DNA of 46,209 nucleotides from Roseiflexaceae bacterium UBA965 (GCA_002292925.1 DBCF01000015.1:1-46209); one strand, 5' to 3'. Shown: positions 7,697 to 17,760, numbered from the stretch's first letter. Notes: generated by a model from the sequence alone, not told the origin. Made by a program: numbers and translations.

Positions 7697-9348
7697 CCCA
7701 AAGTCGTTGGTTGACCTGGCTTTCACCGCTGCTGTTGGTGGTGTTGTGGGAAGTAGCTGTACAACTCAACCTACTCAATCGCGTATTTATCCCTCCGCCC
7801 AGCGAAGTGGTGGTAGCGCTTGTCAAAGCCGTGCGCGATGGCAGCATGCAACACGATGTGGTGGTGAGTAGCCAACGGATTGTATTGGGGTTTGTGATTG
7901 GGGCGGTACCCGGTACCCTATTGGGGATTTGGAGTGGCCTCAATCGTACGGTACTAGCACTAGTGCGCCCGTTGGCGACGATGTTGTACCCCGTGCCAAA
8001 AATCGCCTTGTTGCCGTTGGTGATTGTGGTGTTGGGCATCGGCGAAGTGAGCAAAGTGGCCACGGTAGCGGTCAGTGTTTTTTTGATGGTGGTAATCCAT
8101 ACCATCGGCGGCGTCTTGCAAATCGACCAACGCTATTTCGAGGCGGCCCGGGTGTTTGGCGCCAATCAACGCACCATATTTCGTACCGTCGCCTTGCCCG
8201 CCAGCCTGCCAGCGATTGTCGAGGGCTGGAAGCTGGCGATGGGGTTTGCCTTGACGTTGATTGTCGGTGTGGAGTTTGTCGGTGCCAATGACGGCATCGG
8301 CTACCGCATCTGGCAATCGTACGAGTTGTATGCCATTGCTGACATGATGGCGGCGGTGTGTGTGATTGCCGGCTTGGGCTGGGTAGTGACGGTAGTACTC
8401 GATGAAGTGGCGCGGCTGCTGGTGCCGTGGCGTTATACAACAGTCAAGGAGTCGCGTATGTCGGTCGTACGAACCTGGTGGGGCGCAGTGCGCCCGTGGA
8501 GCTATACCGCCGCCATTGTGCCGGTATTGTTGGGGGCTGCCATTGCCGCCCAGCAAGTAGGATTGAATTGGTGGCTGTTGATCCTCGCCTTGATTGGCTC
8601 TATCGCCATCCAAGGCGGTACCAATCTGATGAATGACTACTATGATTACCGCAAAGGCACCGATACCCCCGCCGTCAAAGGCACGGGTGGAGCGTTGCTT
8701 CGGGGTGAACTCACCCCCACCCAGATTTTTTGGGCGGGGATTAGTGCTTTTGCCATCGGTGCCGCCATCGGTCTTTATTTGGTATCGGTGACGGGACCAT
8801 TTATTTTTTGGTTAGGGTTGTGTAGCGTGGCAGTGGGTTATTTTTATACGGCGGGACCCTTTGCCTTGGCGTATGTGGGTTTGGGCGAAATCGCCGTCTT
8901 TATTTTTATGGGGCCAGTAATGGTCCTCGGCTCGTATTTCTTGCAAATCCCCACGGTGGCGTGGCCGGCAGTGTGGGTATCGTTGCCGGTGGCCTTTGTG
9001 GTGGCAGCGATTTTGCACGCCAACAATTTGCGTGACATCGATACTGACCGTATCAACAATAAACGCACCTTGGCGACGATTTTTGGGCGTGATGGTGCCC
9101 GCATCGAGTACTACCTCTTGGTGGGTGGCACCTTTGTGAGCCAGTGGGTGCTCGTGGCGCTGGGCGTGGCGCCGTGGCCGACGTTGGTGACGTTGGTGAT
9201 GCTGCCCTTGGCGTGGAAGTTGATGGGGATTGCTGGTCGCGAAGTCGACCCCGCTGCCCTACAACCCGTGTTGCGCCAAACCGCCGTATTACACATGCGC
9301 TTCGGGTTGTTGTATGTGCTGGGCTGGGTAATTGCCTTGTGGATGTGA
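7693..9348 (+). CDS. menA: In-frame fusion of an ABC transporter permease (residues ~1-246) and 1,4-dihydroxy-2-naphthoate polyprenyltransferase MenA (UbiA family, residues ~256-551)
   Basis: N-terminal half has the BPD_transp_1 signature (EAARVFGANQRTIFRTVALPASLP). C-terminal half has MenA/UbiA motifs (NLMNDYYDYRKG, HANNLRDIDTDRINNKRTLA). I re-translated the junction 8401-8470 (DEVARLLVPWRYTTVKESRMSVVRTWW) and found no stop. An internal ATG at 8458 has AAGGAG 6 nt upstream. Confidence 0.8.
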   Translation: MTQSRWLTWLSPLLLVVLWEVAVQLNLLNRVFIPPPSEVVVALVKAVRDGSMQHDVVVSSQRIVLGFVIGAVPGTLLGIWSGLNRTVLALVRPLATMLYPVPKIALLPLVIVVLGIGEVSKVATVAVSVFLMVVIHTIGGVLQIDQRYFEAARVFGANQRTIFRTVALPASLPAIVEGWKLAMGFALTLIVGVEFVGANDGIGYRIWQSYELYAIADMMAAVCVIAGLGWVVTVVLDEVARLLVPWRYTTVKESRMSVVRTWWGAVRPWSYTAAIVPVLLGAAIAAQQVGLNWWLLILALIGSIAIQGGTNLMNDYYDYRKGTDTPAVKGTGGALLRGELTPTQIFWAGISAFAIGAAIGLYLVSVTGPFIFWLGLCSVAVGYFYTAGPFALAYVGLGEIAVFIFMGPVMVLGSYFLQIPTVAWPAVWVSLPVAFVVAAILHANNLRDIDTDRINNKRTLATIFGRDGARIEYYLLVGGTFVSQWVLVALGVAPWPTLVTLVMLPLAWKLMGIAGREVDPAALQPVLRQTAVLHMRFGLLYVLGWVIALWM

Positions 9349-9381
9349 CCGATTGAATCATGATGAACAGGCAGGTATGTT

Positions 9382-10062
9382 ATGAAACAACAGCTCTTCA
9401 TTGCGGTGATCGTAATCATTTGTACGGCGTGTGGGCAGTCATCCGTACAAAACAATCCGCTGCCAACACCGGTAACGTTGACAAATACACCAGTCGAGAT
9501 TGATACACCACTTGTCACAAATACACCCGTTCCAATCTCTAATACGGTTGTGCCTGTGGCTCCAACACCACTGGTGGCAACTAGGGTTGTGGCGCCGACC
9601 GCGACATTGACGGCAACCAAAGTGGCAGCAATAACTACTAGCGGGTGGCGGTTTCGTAATAAAACACTGCCTGGTGCACAATTTGCTCATCAAGGGACAC
9701 ATTGTGCCAATGGCACAGACTTGAGTGGTGAGTGGGTAGTGACTGATGAAAAAACCATCGAGGGCGTGAAATTTACGTCACGGATTATTGTGACAGTGAA
9801 TGCGGATCAAACAAGTGGCGCATGGCGGATTGAACAGTTTTTTGTTATCGAAGGGGTGAAATCACTCGGTGGCGTACAAGGGAGTATTGCCCAAATCCGG
9901 TTGGGGAGCGATGGCGTGGTGGCGTTTGATTTGAATGTTGGCACGCCAGTCCAAGCCAAAATCATCCAACCCGATGGCAGCGAAACGCCGTTTGATTTCC
10001 CGATGCCGGTGACGAGTCTCAAACAACTGGAGTGGGAACCACTCACTGGGTCTTGTCCGTAA
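9382..10062 (+). CDS. Lipoprotein of unknown function with a T/P/V-rich linker
   Basis: MKQQLFIAVIVIICTACGQ signal with a lipobox-like Cys, about 70 residues of low-complexity TNTPV/PTP linker, then a ~130-residue beta-rich domain with two Cys. I recognise no family. Confidence 0.6.
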   Translation: MKQQLFIAVIVIICTACGQSSVQNNPLPTPVTLTNTPVEIDTPLVTNTPVPISNTVVPVAPTPLVATRVVAPTATLTATKVAAITTSGWRFRNKTLPGAQFAHQGTHCANGTDLSGEWVVTDEKTIEGVKFTSRIIVTVNADQTSGAWRIEQFFVIEGVKSLGGVQGSIAQIRLGSDGVVAFDLNVGTPVQAKIIQPDGSETPFDFPMPVTSLKQLEWEPLTGSCP

Positions 10063-10298
10063 TTACCTGCTTGGGCGCATTATTGCCATGATGAGTGTCG
10101 TGTAGGGACTATATACCCTGCACGACATTTACGTATCGTAGCCTTGGAATGACGACTGCAGAATCACCATGATTCGTTTGCAAAATATTGTTGTGATGTG
10201 AAAAACCATGTAAGATGTACTATAGAATGTGGTAATAATTGTGACGGTTGTGGGTTGGGTTAATTATGGAAAGCAGATTGTGGTAAAGGAACAAAACA

Positions 10299-11654
10299 AT
10301 GCGTGGGCGAATCATTGAATTAGCGTTCATTAGTCTGTTTTTGGTGGCATGTAGTGCCACACCATCGGCAAGTGTTGAGACCCCAAGTGTGCCAACCGTA
10401 ACCCAAAACACCGACACAACTACATCACAAGCGGCACCCGTTACTCCTGAGATTACTGAAGGTGCAACGGTAGTGACCGATGGAGCGACTCCAACCCAGT
10501 TTGTGCTGCCGACGTCAACCCCCAGCAATGCCGATGCCCCCGACGCCACCGCCTTGGCTGCCACCACGATTGCGTTGATGCCCGCTACTGCCACTCCCGA
10601 TGCGTCAGGATTGACCGCCTCACTCCAAGGTGATGTGGTGGTGGTGGCCCTTTCCAACGGCGCCGAGGGGCAGTTTTTTGCAACCATTAGCAAAGGCATG
10701 ATGGAAAACATTGATGACCCACATCCGTTGACTATCTACCAAAAAAACGGGGCTGAGTTTGTCAGTGTCACCCAGTATGACTTTACCAATGGCGAATATA
10801 TCGGCGATCTCGAGTTGTTGCCCATCCCCGACTCCAATCACATGTTATTTATTGTGCATGGTGGCGTGGGCGCGCATAGTAGTTTTGGCACGGTTTTTTC
10901 GTTTGATGGCAAAACCCTCAAATCAGAGCTCGAAACCCAATCTGATGCAGGCGGCGGGGCATTGACGGTAATGGATGTCAATGGTGACGGCGTGCAAGAT
11001 GTGATTGGTGATGCTACTGATTATTATGTGTTTTGTTATGCCTGTGGGGTGCGGATTAATTCCGATATCGTATATAGCTGGGATGGCGCCAAGTTTGTTG
11101 AGCAGACATTGACCGCCTCGAGTGATGCCACCATCCAAAAAGCGATTGATTATGCCAAAGCCCAACGCTGGAACATGGTCACCAAATCATTGCCCACCAT
11201 CAGCGCCCCAACCAACGATGCCGACAAATGGAATGTAGCGTTGTTGACGCACTGGTCGACGATTCGTATCCCCGAGACAGACGCAGCATTTCCTTTTTTG
11301 TCAGCAGTCTACTATGGTGATTATGATGCTGCCGTCGCTATGTTGCGTGCCGTCGGTGCCAAAGACGCTGCCAATCCCAAGGGCAAGTGGTTTGCGGGCC
11401 CAATTGCCGAAGGCATCGATGTAGCTACTGACACATCAATTGATGAGTTCCGTGTGATATTGTTTGATAATGTAGTACAATTTAGCACCATGGCATTGAC
11501 CCAAGATGACACAGTAACGAGTGCCCGCTTCTTACGTGGCTGGGCCAAAACACTCGTAAACCCCCGTGATCCTGAAGGATTAAAAGATTTGCAGGCAGTG
11601 GCGACTGCTGATCCGTTTTACGCCGCCGTGCGTGATGCGATTGTCAGTCGTTAG
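10299..11654 (+). CDS. Lipoprotein of unknown function (T/P/A-rich linker, FG-GAP/VCBS-like Asp-Gly motif)
   Basis: MRGRIIELAFISLFLVAC lipobox (LVAC), about 90 residues of linker, and MDVNGDGVQDVIGD calcium-binding-like motif. It ends 20 nt before glgB, whose RBS GAGGAG lies in the gap. Confidence 0.6.
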   Translation: MRGRIIELAFISLFLVACSATPSASVETPSVPTVTQNTDTTTSQAAPVTPEITEGATVVTDGATPTQFVLPTSTPSNADAPDATALAATTIALMPATATPDASGLTASLQGDVVVVALSNGAEGQFFATISKGMMENIDDPHPLTIYQKNGAEFVSVTQYDFTNGEYIGDLELLPIPDSNHMLFIVHGGVGAHSSFGTVFSFDGKTLKSELETQSDAGGGALTVMDVNGDGVQDVIGDATDYYVFCYACGVRINSDIVYSWDGAKFVEQTLTASSDATIQKAIDYAKAQRWNMVTKSLPTISAPTNDADKWNVALLTHWSTIRIPETDAAFPFLSAVYYGDYDAAVAMLRAVGAKDAANPKGKWFAGPIAEGIDVATDTSIDEFRVILFDNVVQFSTMALTQDDTVTSARFLRGWAKTLVNPRDPEGLKDLQAVATADPFYAAVRDAIVSR

Positions 11655-11674
11655 TTTGTTATTGAGGAGCATGT

Positions 11675-13579
11675 ATGCCGACACAATTGCACGGCCATAC
11701 CCTACTAAGTCAAGATGATCTCTACTTGTTCAATGAGGGTTCGCATTTTGCACTGCACGAAAAACTCGGCGCAATTTATTGTCAGCGTGACGGGGTTACG
11801 GGTGTGCATTTTGCGGTATGGGCACCAAGTGCCCGCGCCGTGCATGTGATTGGCGATTTCAATGGCTGGCAACGGGGCGTGACCACGTTGTACCCCCAAG
11901 GGGCATCTGGGCTATGGGCGAATTTCTTTGCCGATGTGCCGGTGGGGTGTTGTTATAAATACGCCATCGAAACACAATCGGGTGACTGGCTCGAAAAAGC
12001 CGACCCCTGTGCCGCAGCCGCCGAGTTTCGCCCCCAGACAGGCTCAGTTGTCACCGATTTGACCACCTATCAGTGGCACGATGAAGCCTGGATGCAATCA
12101 CGCCGTGGCTACGATGTCACCCACGCGCCAATGAGCATCTACGAGGTGCATTTGGGCTCGTGGATGCGCAACCCCGATGGTTCGTGGCTCGGCTATGCCG
12201 ATGCCGCCCGCAAATTGGCCGACTATTTGGTAGCGATGAACTACACCCACGTAGAATTGTTGCCGATCATGGAATTTCCCTACGATGGCTCGTGGGGCTA
12301 CCAGACCGTCGGTTTATATGCGCCCACCAGCCGTTTTGGCACACCCCACGACTTCATGGGGTTTGTCGATTACCTGCACCAAAAAGGTATCGGGATTATT
12401 CTCGACTGGGTGCCGTCGCATTTCGCTGTCGACGCTCATGGCCTAGCCCAATTTGATGGCACGCATTTGTATGAGCATTCTGACCCCCGGCAAGGCTATC
12501 ACCCTGACTGGGGCTGTTATATTTTTAATTATGGGCGTCACGAAGTCCGTAGCTTTTTGATTAGTAGTGCGATTTCTTGGATTGAGCGCTATCACATCGA
12601 CGGGCTGCGGGTCGATGCAGTGGCATCAATGCTCTATCTCGATTATTCCCGCAAGGCCGGCGAGTGGATTCCCAACGCCTATGGTGGTCGGGAAAATATC
12701 GACGCCATCGTGTTGTTGCGCCGCCTCAATGACCAAGTACGCCAACGCTACCCCGGGGTCACTATGATTGCCGAAGAATCGACGGCCTGGCCAATGGTGT
12801 CGCGACCAACCGATGTCGGCGGGTTGGGGTTTGCTATGAAGTGGGACATGGGCTGGATGCACGATACCTTGAAGTATCTGAGCAACGACCCTGTCCACCG
12901 CCGCTTCCACCACAACAATCTAACCTTCCGGTCGCTTTATTCGACCAGTGAGCAATTTACCTTGGCGTTATCACATGACGAGGTCGTGCACGGCAAAGGC
13001 GCCTTGCTGGCCAAAATGCCAGGTGATCGCTGGCAACAATTTGCCAATCTGCGAGCACTCTATGGCTACATGTATGCTCAGTCAGGCAAAAAACTGCTCT
13101 TTATGGGTGGCGAAATCGGCCAGTGGCGCGAATGGTCATACGAACGCGAGCTCGATTGGTTTGTGCTCGAAGACCCCATGCACCGTGGCATCAATGCCTT
13201 GGTACGTGATTTGAATCATTTGCATATTGTCGAGCCCGCCTTGCACCAGTTAGATTTTGATCCGTGGGGCTTCCATTGGATTGCCTGTGATGACGCCGAC
13301 CAGAGTGTAGTGATTGCCTTGCGCCGTGGGGGTGCCGGCGTGCGTAATGTGGCGGTGTGGTGCAACTTCACACCCGTCCCCCGCCACCATTACCGCATCG
13401 GTTTACCGCATGGTGGCGCCTGGCACGTGCTGCTCAATAGCGACGATAGCCAGTATGGCGGCAGTGGTATGCGCGCCGATATCAATGTCGAGTCGGTGCC
13501 GTGTCATGGCATGCCCTATTCGGCATTAGTCAATATGCCCCCCTTGGCTGTGGTGTTTATTGCACCAGTAGTAGAATAA
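11675..13579 (+). CDS. glgB: 1,4-alpha-glucan branching enzyme (GH13)
   Basis: Full-length GlgB architecture. GH13 conserved regions are present: GIGIILDWVPSHF, IDGLRVDAVASMLY, MIAEESTAWP, ALSHDEVVHGK. Confidence 0.95.
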   Translation: MPTQLHGHTLLSQDDLYLFNEGSHFALHEKLGAIYCQRDGVTGVHFAVWAPSARAVHVIGDFNGWQRGVTTLYPQGASGLWANFFADVPVGCCYKYAIETQSGDWLEKADPCAAAAEFRPQTGSVVTDLTTYQWHDEAWMQSRRGYDVTHAPMSIYEVHLGSWMRNPDGSWLGYADAARKLADYLVAMNYTHVELLPIMEFPYDGSWGYQTVGLYAPTSRFGTPHDFMGFVDYLHQKGIGIILDWVPSHFAVDAHGLAQFDGTHLYEHSDPRQGYHPDWGCYIFNYGRHEVRSFLISSAISWIERYHIDGLRVDAVASMLYLDYSRKAGEWIPNAYGGRENIDAIVLLRRLNDQVRQRYPGVTMIAEESTAWPMVSRPTDVGGLGFAMKWDMGWMHDTLKYLSNDPVHRRFHHNNLTFRSLYSTSEQFTLALSHDEVVHGKGALLAKMPGDRWQQFANLRALYGYMYAQSGKKLLFMGGEIGQWREWSYERELDWFVLEDPMHRGINALVRDLNHLHIVEPALHQLDFDPWGFHWIACDDADQSVVIALRRGGAGVRNVAVWCNFTPVPRHHYRIGLPHGGAWHVLLNSDDSQYGGSGMRADINVESVPCHGMPYSALVNMPPLAVVFIAPVVE

Positions 13580-13632
13580 TTCGTCTTTAATTCATCAATT
13601 CTTACCCCGTTGGGTTACCATAGGATGCGATA

Positions 13633-16038
13633 GTGACACGATTTGTCTGTGTGCATGGGCACTTTTATCAACCCCCCCGTGAAAACCCGTGGCTGGATGC
13701 GATTGATATGCAACCAAGTGCCGCACCTTACCACGATTGGAATGCTCGGATTGCCGCCGAATGCTACGCCCCTAACACGGCAGCCCGCATCCTCGATGAC
13801 CAAGGGCGCATCCAACACGTCATCAACAATTATGCCTGGATGAGTTTCAACGTAGGGCCAACGCTGATGCGCTGGCTGGCCCAAGCCGAGCCCGTCGCCT
13901 ATGCCGGTATTTTGGCTGCAGACAAAGAAGGCCAAGCACGCTTTGGCGGGCATGGACCGGCCATCGGGCAAGCCTACGGTCATATCATCATGCCGCTGGC
14001 CACGCCGCGCGACCGCCGCACCCAAGTGGCCTGGGGTGTGGCCGACTTCCGGCATCACTTTGGCCGTGATCCCGAGGGGATGTGGTTGCCAGAGGCAGCA
14101 GTTTGTACCGACTCACTCGAAGCCTTGGCCGAATACGGTGTGCGTTATACCATACTCGCCCCCCATCAAGCGGCTCGCTTTCGCCCACTCGGCGAAGATG
14201 CATGGCAAGAAGCCGCAGATGTGGGGATTGATACAACCGTTCCGTATCGTGTGAATCTCCCTTCGGGTCGCCAAATTGCAGTTTTTTTCTACAATGGGTC
14301 GGTATCACAATCTATTGCCTTCCAAGGATTGCTCAATAGTGGCGAAGCGTTGGCACAAGCTTTGTTGGGAAATGTCCCCGCCGATGCAACCACTCCCCTA
14401 TTGGCACATGTCGCAACAGATGGTGAAACGTACGGCCATCACCATCGCCATGGCGAAATGGCCTTGGCCTACGCCTTGCACCACCTCCACGACACCGGTC
14501 TCGCTCGGATTACCGTGTATGGTGAGTTTCTGGCGTTATGCCCACCTCAACACGAAGTACAAATCGTCGAGCAAAGCTCGTGGAGTTGTGCCCACGGCGT
14601 CGAACGTTGGCGTAGTGACTGTGGCTGTCATACGGGGGGCGCATTGGGCTGGAATCAAGCCTGGCGTGGACCGCTGCGTCTAGCCCTCGAATGGGCCCGC
14701 ACAGAAGTTGATGCTCAATGGAAAAAAACCGCCGCTCGGGTCTTTGCTAACCCGTGGCAAGCCCGTGATGCCTATATCGACATCATTAATGACCCGAGCG
14801 ACGCCACGGTCAAGCGGTTTTTGACCAAATACGCCCGCGACAATCAGCGTTGGCCTGCCCTAGCACTACTCGAGCTCCAACGCCAGTTGATGCAGAGCTT
14901 TACCAGCTGTGCGTGGTTTTTTAATGACCCTAGTGGCATCGAAACCATTCAAGTGTTGCGTTATGCGGCTCGCATGATGCAGCTCGCCAAACAGACCTTG
15001 CAACTCGACCTCGAAGAAGGCTTCCATGAGCAACTCGAGCAGGTGGTGAGCAATACGGGCGTCACGGTGGCAGAGCTCTATACCGAACAAGTCCAGCCAT
15101 TAACGATTACTTTGGCTGATATTTGTGCCCACGATGCCTTGACAGCCTTGTTTATTGACACTCCGCCGGCCGATGTGGTCTATTTGCATCATGTCACCCG
15201 CCAAAAACAACAACGTTGGACAATCGATCAAGTGCAGGTGGTGATTGGTGTATCAGATGTGACGTCGTTGTTGACGGGTGAGCAAGCCCAATTTGTCTAT
15301 GGCGTAGTATTAATGGGTGAGCAAGTATTGGCAGGTGGGGTGCGCCCTGAACCAAATCGCTATCAGCGTCTACTCAACAATATTGTTGATGCCATCAAAA
15401 ACCATGACCAAGATGCAATGCTCCAAGCCATGCATAGTGAGCTCGGGCGCTTTGATTATTCGTTGCGCTCGATTTTCCGTGATGAGCAACGCACGATTTT
15501 GACTAGCATGTTGCATAGTGTGGTTGATAGTGTAGCGCAACAATACCATCAAATGTATACCCAACATGCGAATTTGATGCGGTTTCTACAACAGATGAAC
15601 TTGCCGTTACCTCCCGAATTACAAATGCCCGCTGCCATGGCCGTGCATGCCGATATTCGGGCAGCGTTGCGCCAAATACCCATCGATACGGCGCAATTAC
15701 GCCAAGTATTGCAAGCCGCCACGCAATCGGGTGTGATACTCGACAAATCCGTATTGGCCTATGAATACACCCAAACACTCCATCAACTCGCTGCCCAATT
15801 GGTCACAACGCCATGCCATCCTGAGTTAATCCGTACGATGATTGATTTGGTTGAAGTCGCTCAAGGAATTGATGTGGACATGTGGATGGTGCAAAACAAC
15901 TATAATGTGGTATGGCAACGTGATTATGATTTGATGTGTCGGTCTGCCACGCAAGGCAATGTAGAATCAACCACGTGGGTGGCTGAATTTCGCAAGTTGG
16001 GGAGTCAACTCAACATGGCCATCGTTGCGACTGAGTAA
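13633..16038 (+). CDS. Glycoside hydrolase family 57 protein with DUF3536-type C-terminal region
   Basis: N-terminus FVCVHGHFYQPPRENPW is the GH57 hallmark. The protein is ~800 aa with a long helical C-terminal half. The start is GTG as given in the track. Confidence 0.8.
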   Translation: MTRFVCVHGHFYQPPRENPWLDAIDMQPSAAPYHDWNARIAAECYAPNTAARILDDQGRIQHVINNYAWMSFNVGPTLMRWLAQAEPVAYAGILAADKEGQARFGGHGPAIGQAYGHIIMPLATPRDRRTQVAWGVADFRHHFGRDPEGMWLPEAAVCTDSLEALAEYGVRYTILAPHQAARFRPLGEDAWQEAADVGIDTTVPYRVNLPSGRQIAVFFYNGSVSQSIAFQGLLNSGEALAQALLGNVPADATTPLLAHVATDGETYGHHHRHGEMALAYALHHLHDTGLARITVYGEFLALCPPQHEVQIVEQSSWSCAHGVERWRSDCGCHTGGALGWNQAWRGPLRLALEWARTEVDAQWKKTAARVFANPWQARDAYIDIINDPSDATVKRFLTKYARDNQRWPALALLELQRQLMQSFTSCAWFFNDPSGIETIQVLRYAARMMQLAKQTLQLDLEEGFHEQLEQVVSNTGVTVAELYTEQVQPLTITLADICAHDALTALFIDTPPADVVYLHHVTRQKQQRWTIDQVQVVIGVSDVTSLLTGEQAQFVYGVVLMGEQVLAGGVRPEPNRYQRLLNNIVDAIKNHDQDAMLQAMHSELGRFDYSLRSIFRDEQRTILTSMLHSVVDSVAQQYHQMYTQHANLMRFLQQMNLPLPPELQMPAAMAVHADIRAALRQIPIDTAQLRQVLQAATQSGVILDKSVLAYEYTQTLHQLAAQLVTTPCHPELIRTMIDLVEVAQGIDVDMWMVQNNYNVVWQRDYDLMCRSATQGNVESTTWVAEFRKLGSQLNMAIVATE

Positions 16039-16139
16039 TTGTTTGTGTGAAAATCAGGCCCGTGGCGCGATCTTCCTGCGTTGCGGTGGCTGATGTTCGG
16101 TGATGTTGAATGCAGTAATCAGCAAAGAAAGGCTGTGCG

Positions 16140-17699
16140 ATGACGAGTCCGCTTGTGATTCATGGCGCCATGCGCCCTGGCTATGATGCCCTCTTGACGC
16201 CTGAAGCGTTGGCATTTGTGGCCGAATTAGTCGAACGATTTGAGCCCCGCCGCCAAGAATTATTGGCGCGTCGTCAACAACGCTGGGATGAACTCAAAGC
16301 AGGGCGTTTGCCCGATTTTGATCCCGCGACGGCCCACATCCGGTCCGGATTGTGGCGCGTGGTACCGCCGGCTGCCGACTTCCGCAATCGCCGCACCGAA
16401 ATCACCGGCCCTGTTGACCGCAAAATGGTCATCAACGCCCTCAATTCGGGTGCCAATGTCTTTATGGCCGACTTCGAAGATGCCAATGCCCCGTTGTGGG
16501 ACAACGTCGTCCAAGGCCAAATCAATCTCCGTGATGCCATTCGCCGTACCATCGAACTTGTTTCTGATGGCAAAACCTATCGTCTCAACGACAAAACTGC
16601 CGTGCTCGCAGTACGGGCCCGTGGCTGGCATCTCGACGAAAAACACGTGACCTACAACGGCCAACCGATTTCGGGTGGTATGTTTGACTTCGGGCTCTAT
16701 TTCTTTCACAATGCCCGCGAATTACTCGCCCGTGGCAGTGGTCCTTATTTTTATCTGCCCAAATTACAACATCACCTCGAGGCACGCTTGTGGAACGATA
16801 TTTTTGTCTATGCCCAAGACCGCCTCAACATTGCCCAAGGCTCGATTCGTGCCACGGTGTTGATTGAACACATTTTGGCAGCCTTCGAGATGGACGAGAT
16901 TTTGTACGAATTGCGTAACCACTCGAGTGGACTCAATCATGGCCGCTGGGATTACATCTATAGCTTCATCAAAGCCTTCAACCACCGCGATGATTTTGTG
17001 TTGCCCGATCGCGCCCAAGTTACAATGGGTGTGCATTTCTTGCGGTCGGCTGCCGAACTCGTGGCCGCCACCTGTCACCGCCGTGGCGCCCACGCCATGG
17101 GTGGGATGTCGGCGATTATTCCCCGCCGTGACGATATCGAAGCCAACGAACGAGCGTTGGTCAATGTACGCGCCGACAAGCAACGTGAAGCCCAACAAGG
17201 CTTCGACGGTGCCTGGGTGGCCCACCCCGGATTGGTACCCGCCGTCCAAGAAGTCTTTAACAACGCCTTTAGTGGTGACAATCAAATCGCCCAAGTGCCC
17301 AACGTGCATATTACGGCGGCCGATTTGTTGATGATCCCCACGGGCGACATCACCGAAGCCGGCATGCGCAACAACATCAACGTGGCGTTGCAATACATCG
17401 AGGCTTGGTTTGGTGGCCGTGGTGCGGTGGCAATTAATTATTTGATGGAAGACGTCGCCACTGCCGAAATTTCGCGCTCACAAATCTGGCAATGGATCCA
17501 CCATCACGCCACCCTCGCCGATGGCCGGGCGGTAACGGCGGAATTGTATGCCCAGATTCGTGACGAAGAAGTGGCCAAATTGCAGGAACGCTTAGCCGGC
17601 CCCCGGCTCGACCAAGCGATTGCATTGTTGGATTTGTTGGTGTTGAGTCCTGAGTTCGTCGAATTTTTGACGGTGCCTGGCTATCAACAAATGGGGTAA
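16140..17699 (+). CDS. aceB: Malate synthase A
   Basis: The 519-aa length and motifs [19 protein letters not shown] and RWDYIYS match the malate synthase A family. Confidence 0.9.
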   Translation: MTSPLVIHGAMRPGYDALLTPEALAFVAELVERFEPRRQELLARRQQRWDELKAGRLPDFDPATAHIRSGLWRVVPPAADFRNRRTEITGPVDRKMVINALNSGANVFMADFEDANAPLWDNVVQGQINLRDAIRRTIELVSDGKTYRLNDKTAVLAVRARGWHLDEKHVTYNGQPISGGMFDFGLYFFHNARELLARGSGPYFYLPKLQHHLEARLWNDIFVYAQDRLNIAQGSIRATVLIEHILAAFEMDEILYELRNHSSGLNHGRWDYIYSFIKAFNHRDDFVLPDRAQVTMGVHFLRSAAELVAATCHRRGAHAMGGMSAIIPRRDDIEANERALVNVRADKQREAQQGFDGAWVAHPGLVPAVQEVFNNAFSGDNQIAQVPNVHITAADLLMIPTGDITEAGMRNNINVALQYIEAWFGGRGAVAINYLMEDVATAEISRSQIWQWIHHHATLADGRAVTAELYAQIRDEEVAKLQERLAGPRLDQAIALLDLLVLSPEFVEFLTVPGYQQMG

Positions 17700-17714
17700 G
17701 CGAACCTGCATGTT

Positions 17715-17757
17715 AAATCACCCTGTGTGTGGCATTTGGCCACACACAGGGTGATTT
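17715..17757. terminator. Bidirectional hairpin (19-bp perfect stem, 5-nt loop) between convergent aceB and the TerC-like gene
   Basis: aaatcaccctgtgtgtggc-atttg-gccacacacagggtgattt. AAA/TTT at the stem ends provides short U-runs in either direction. Confidence 0.65.
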
Positions 17758-17760
17758 GAT

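Noticed and set aside
7693-9348. The permease-MenA fusion as a frameshift or assembly artefact
   Set aside because: The two halves are in the same frame with no stop, so no frameshift is needed. A single-base error at codon 8434-8436 cannot be excluded, and that caveat is listed in the finding rather than used to dismiss it.
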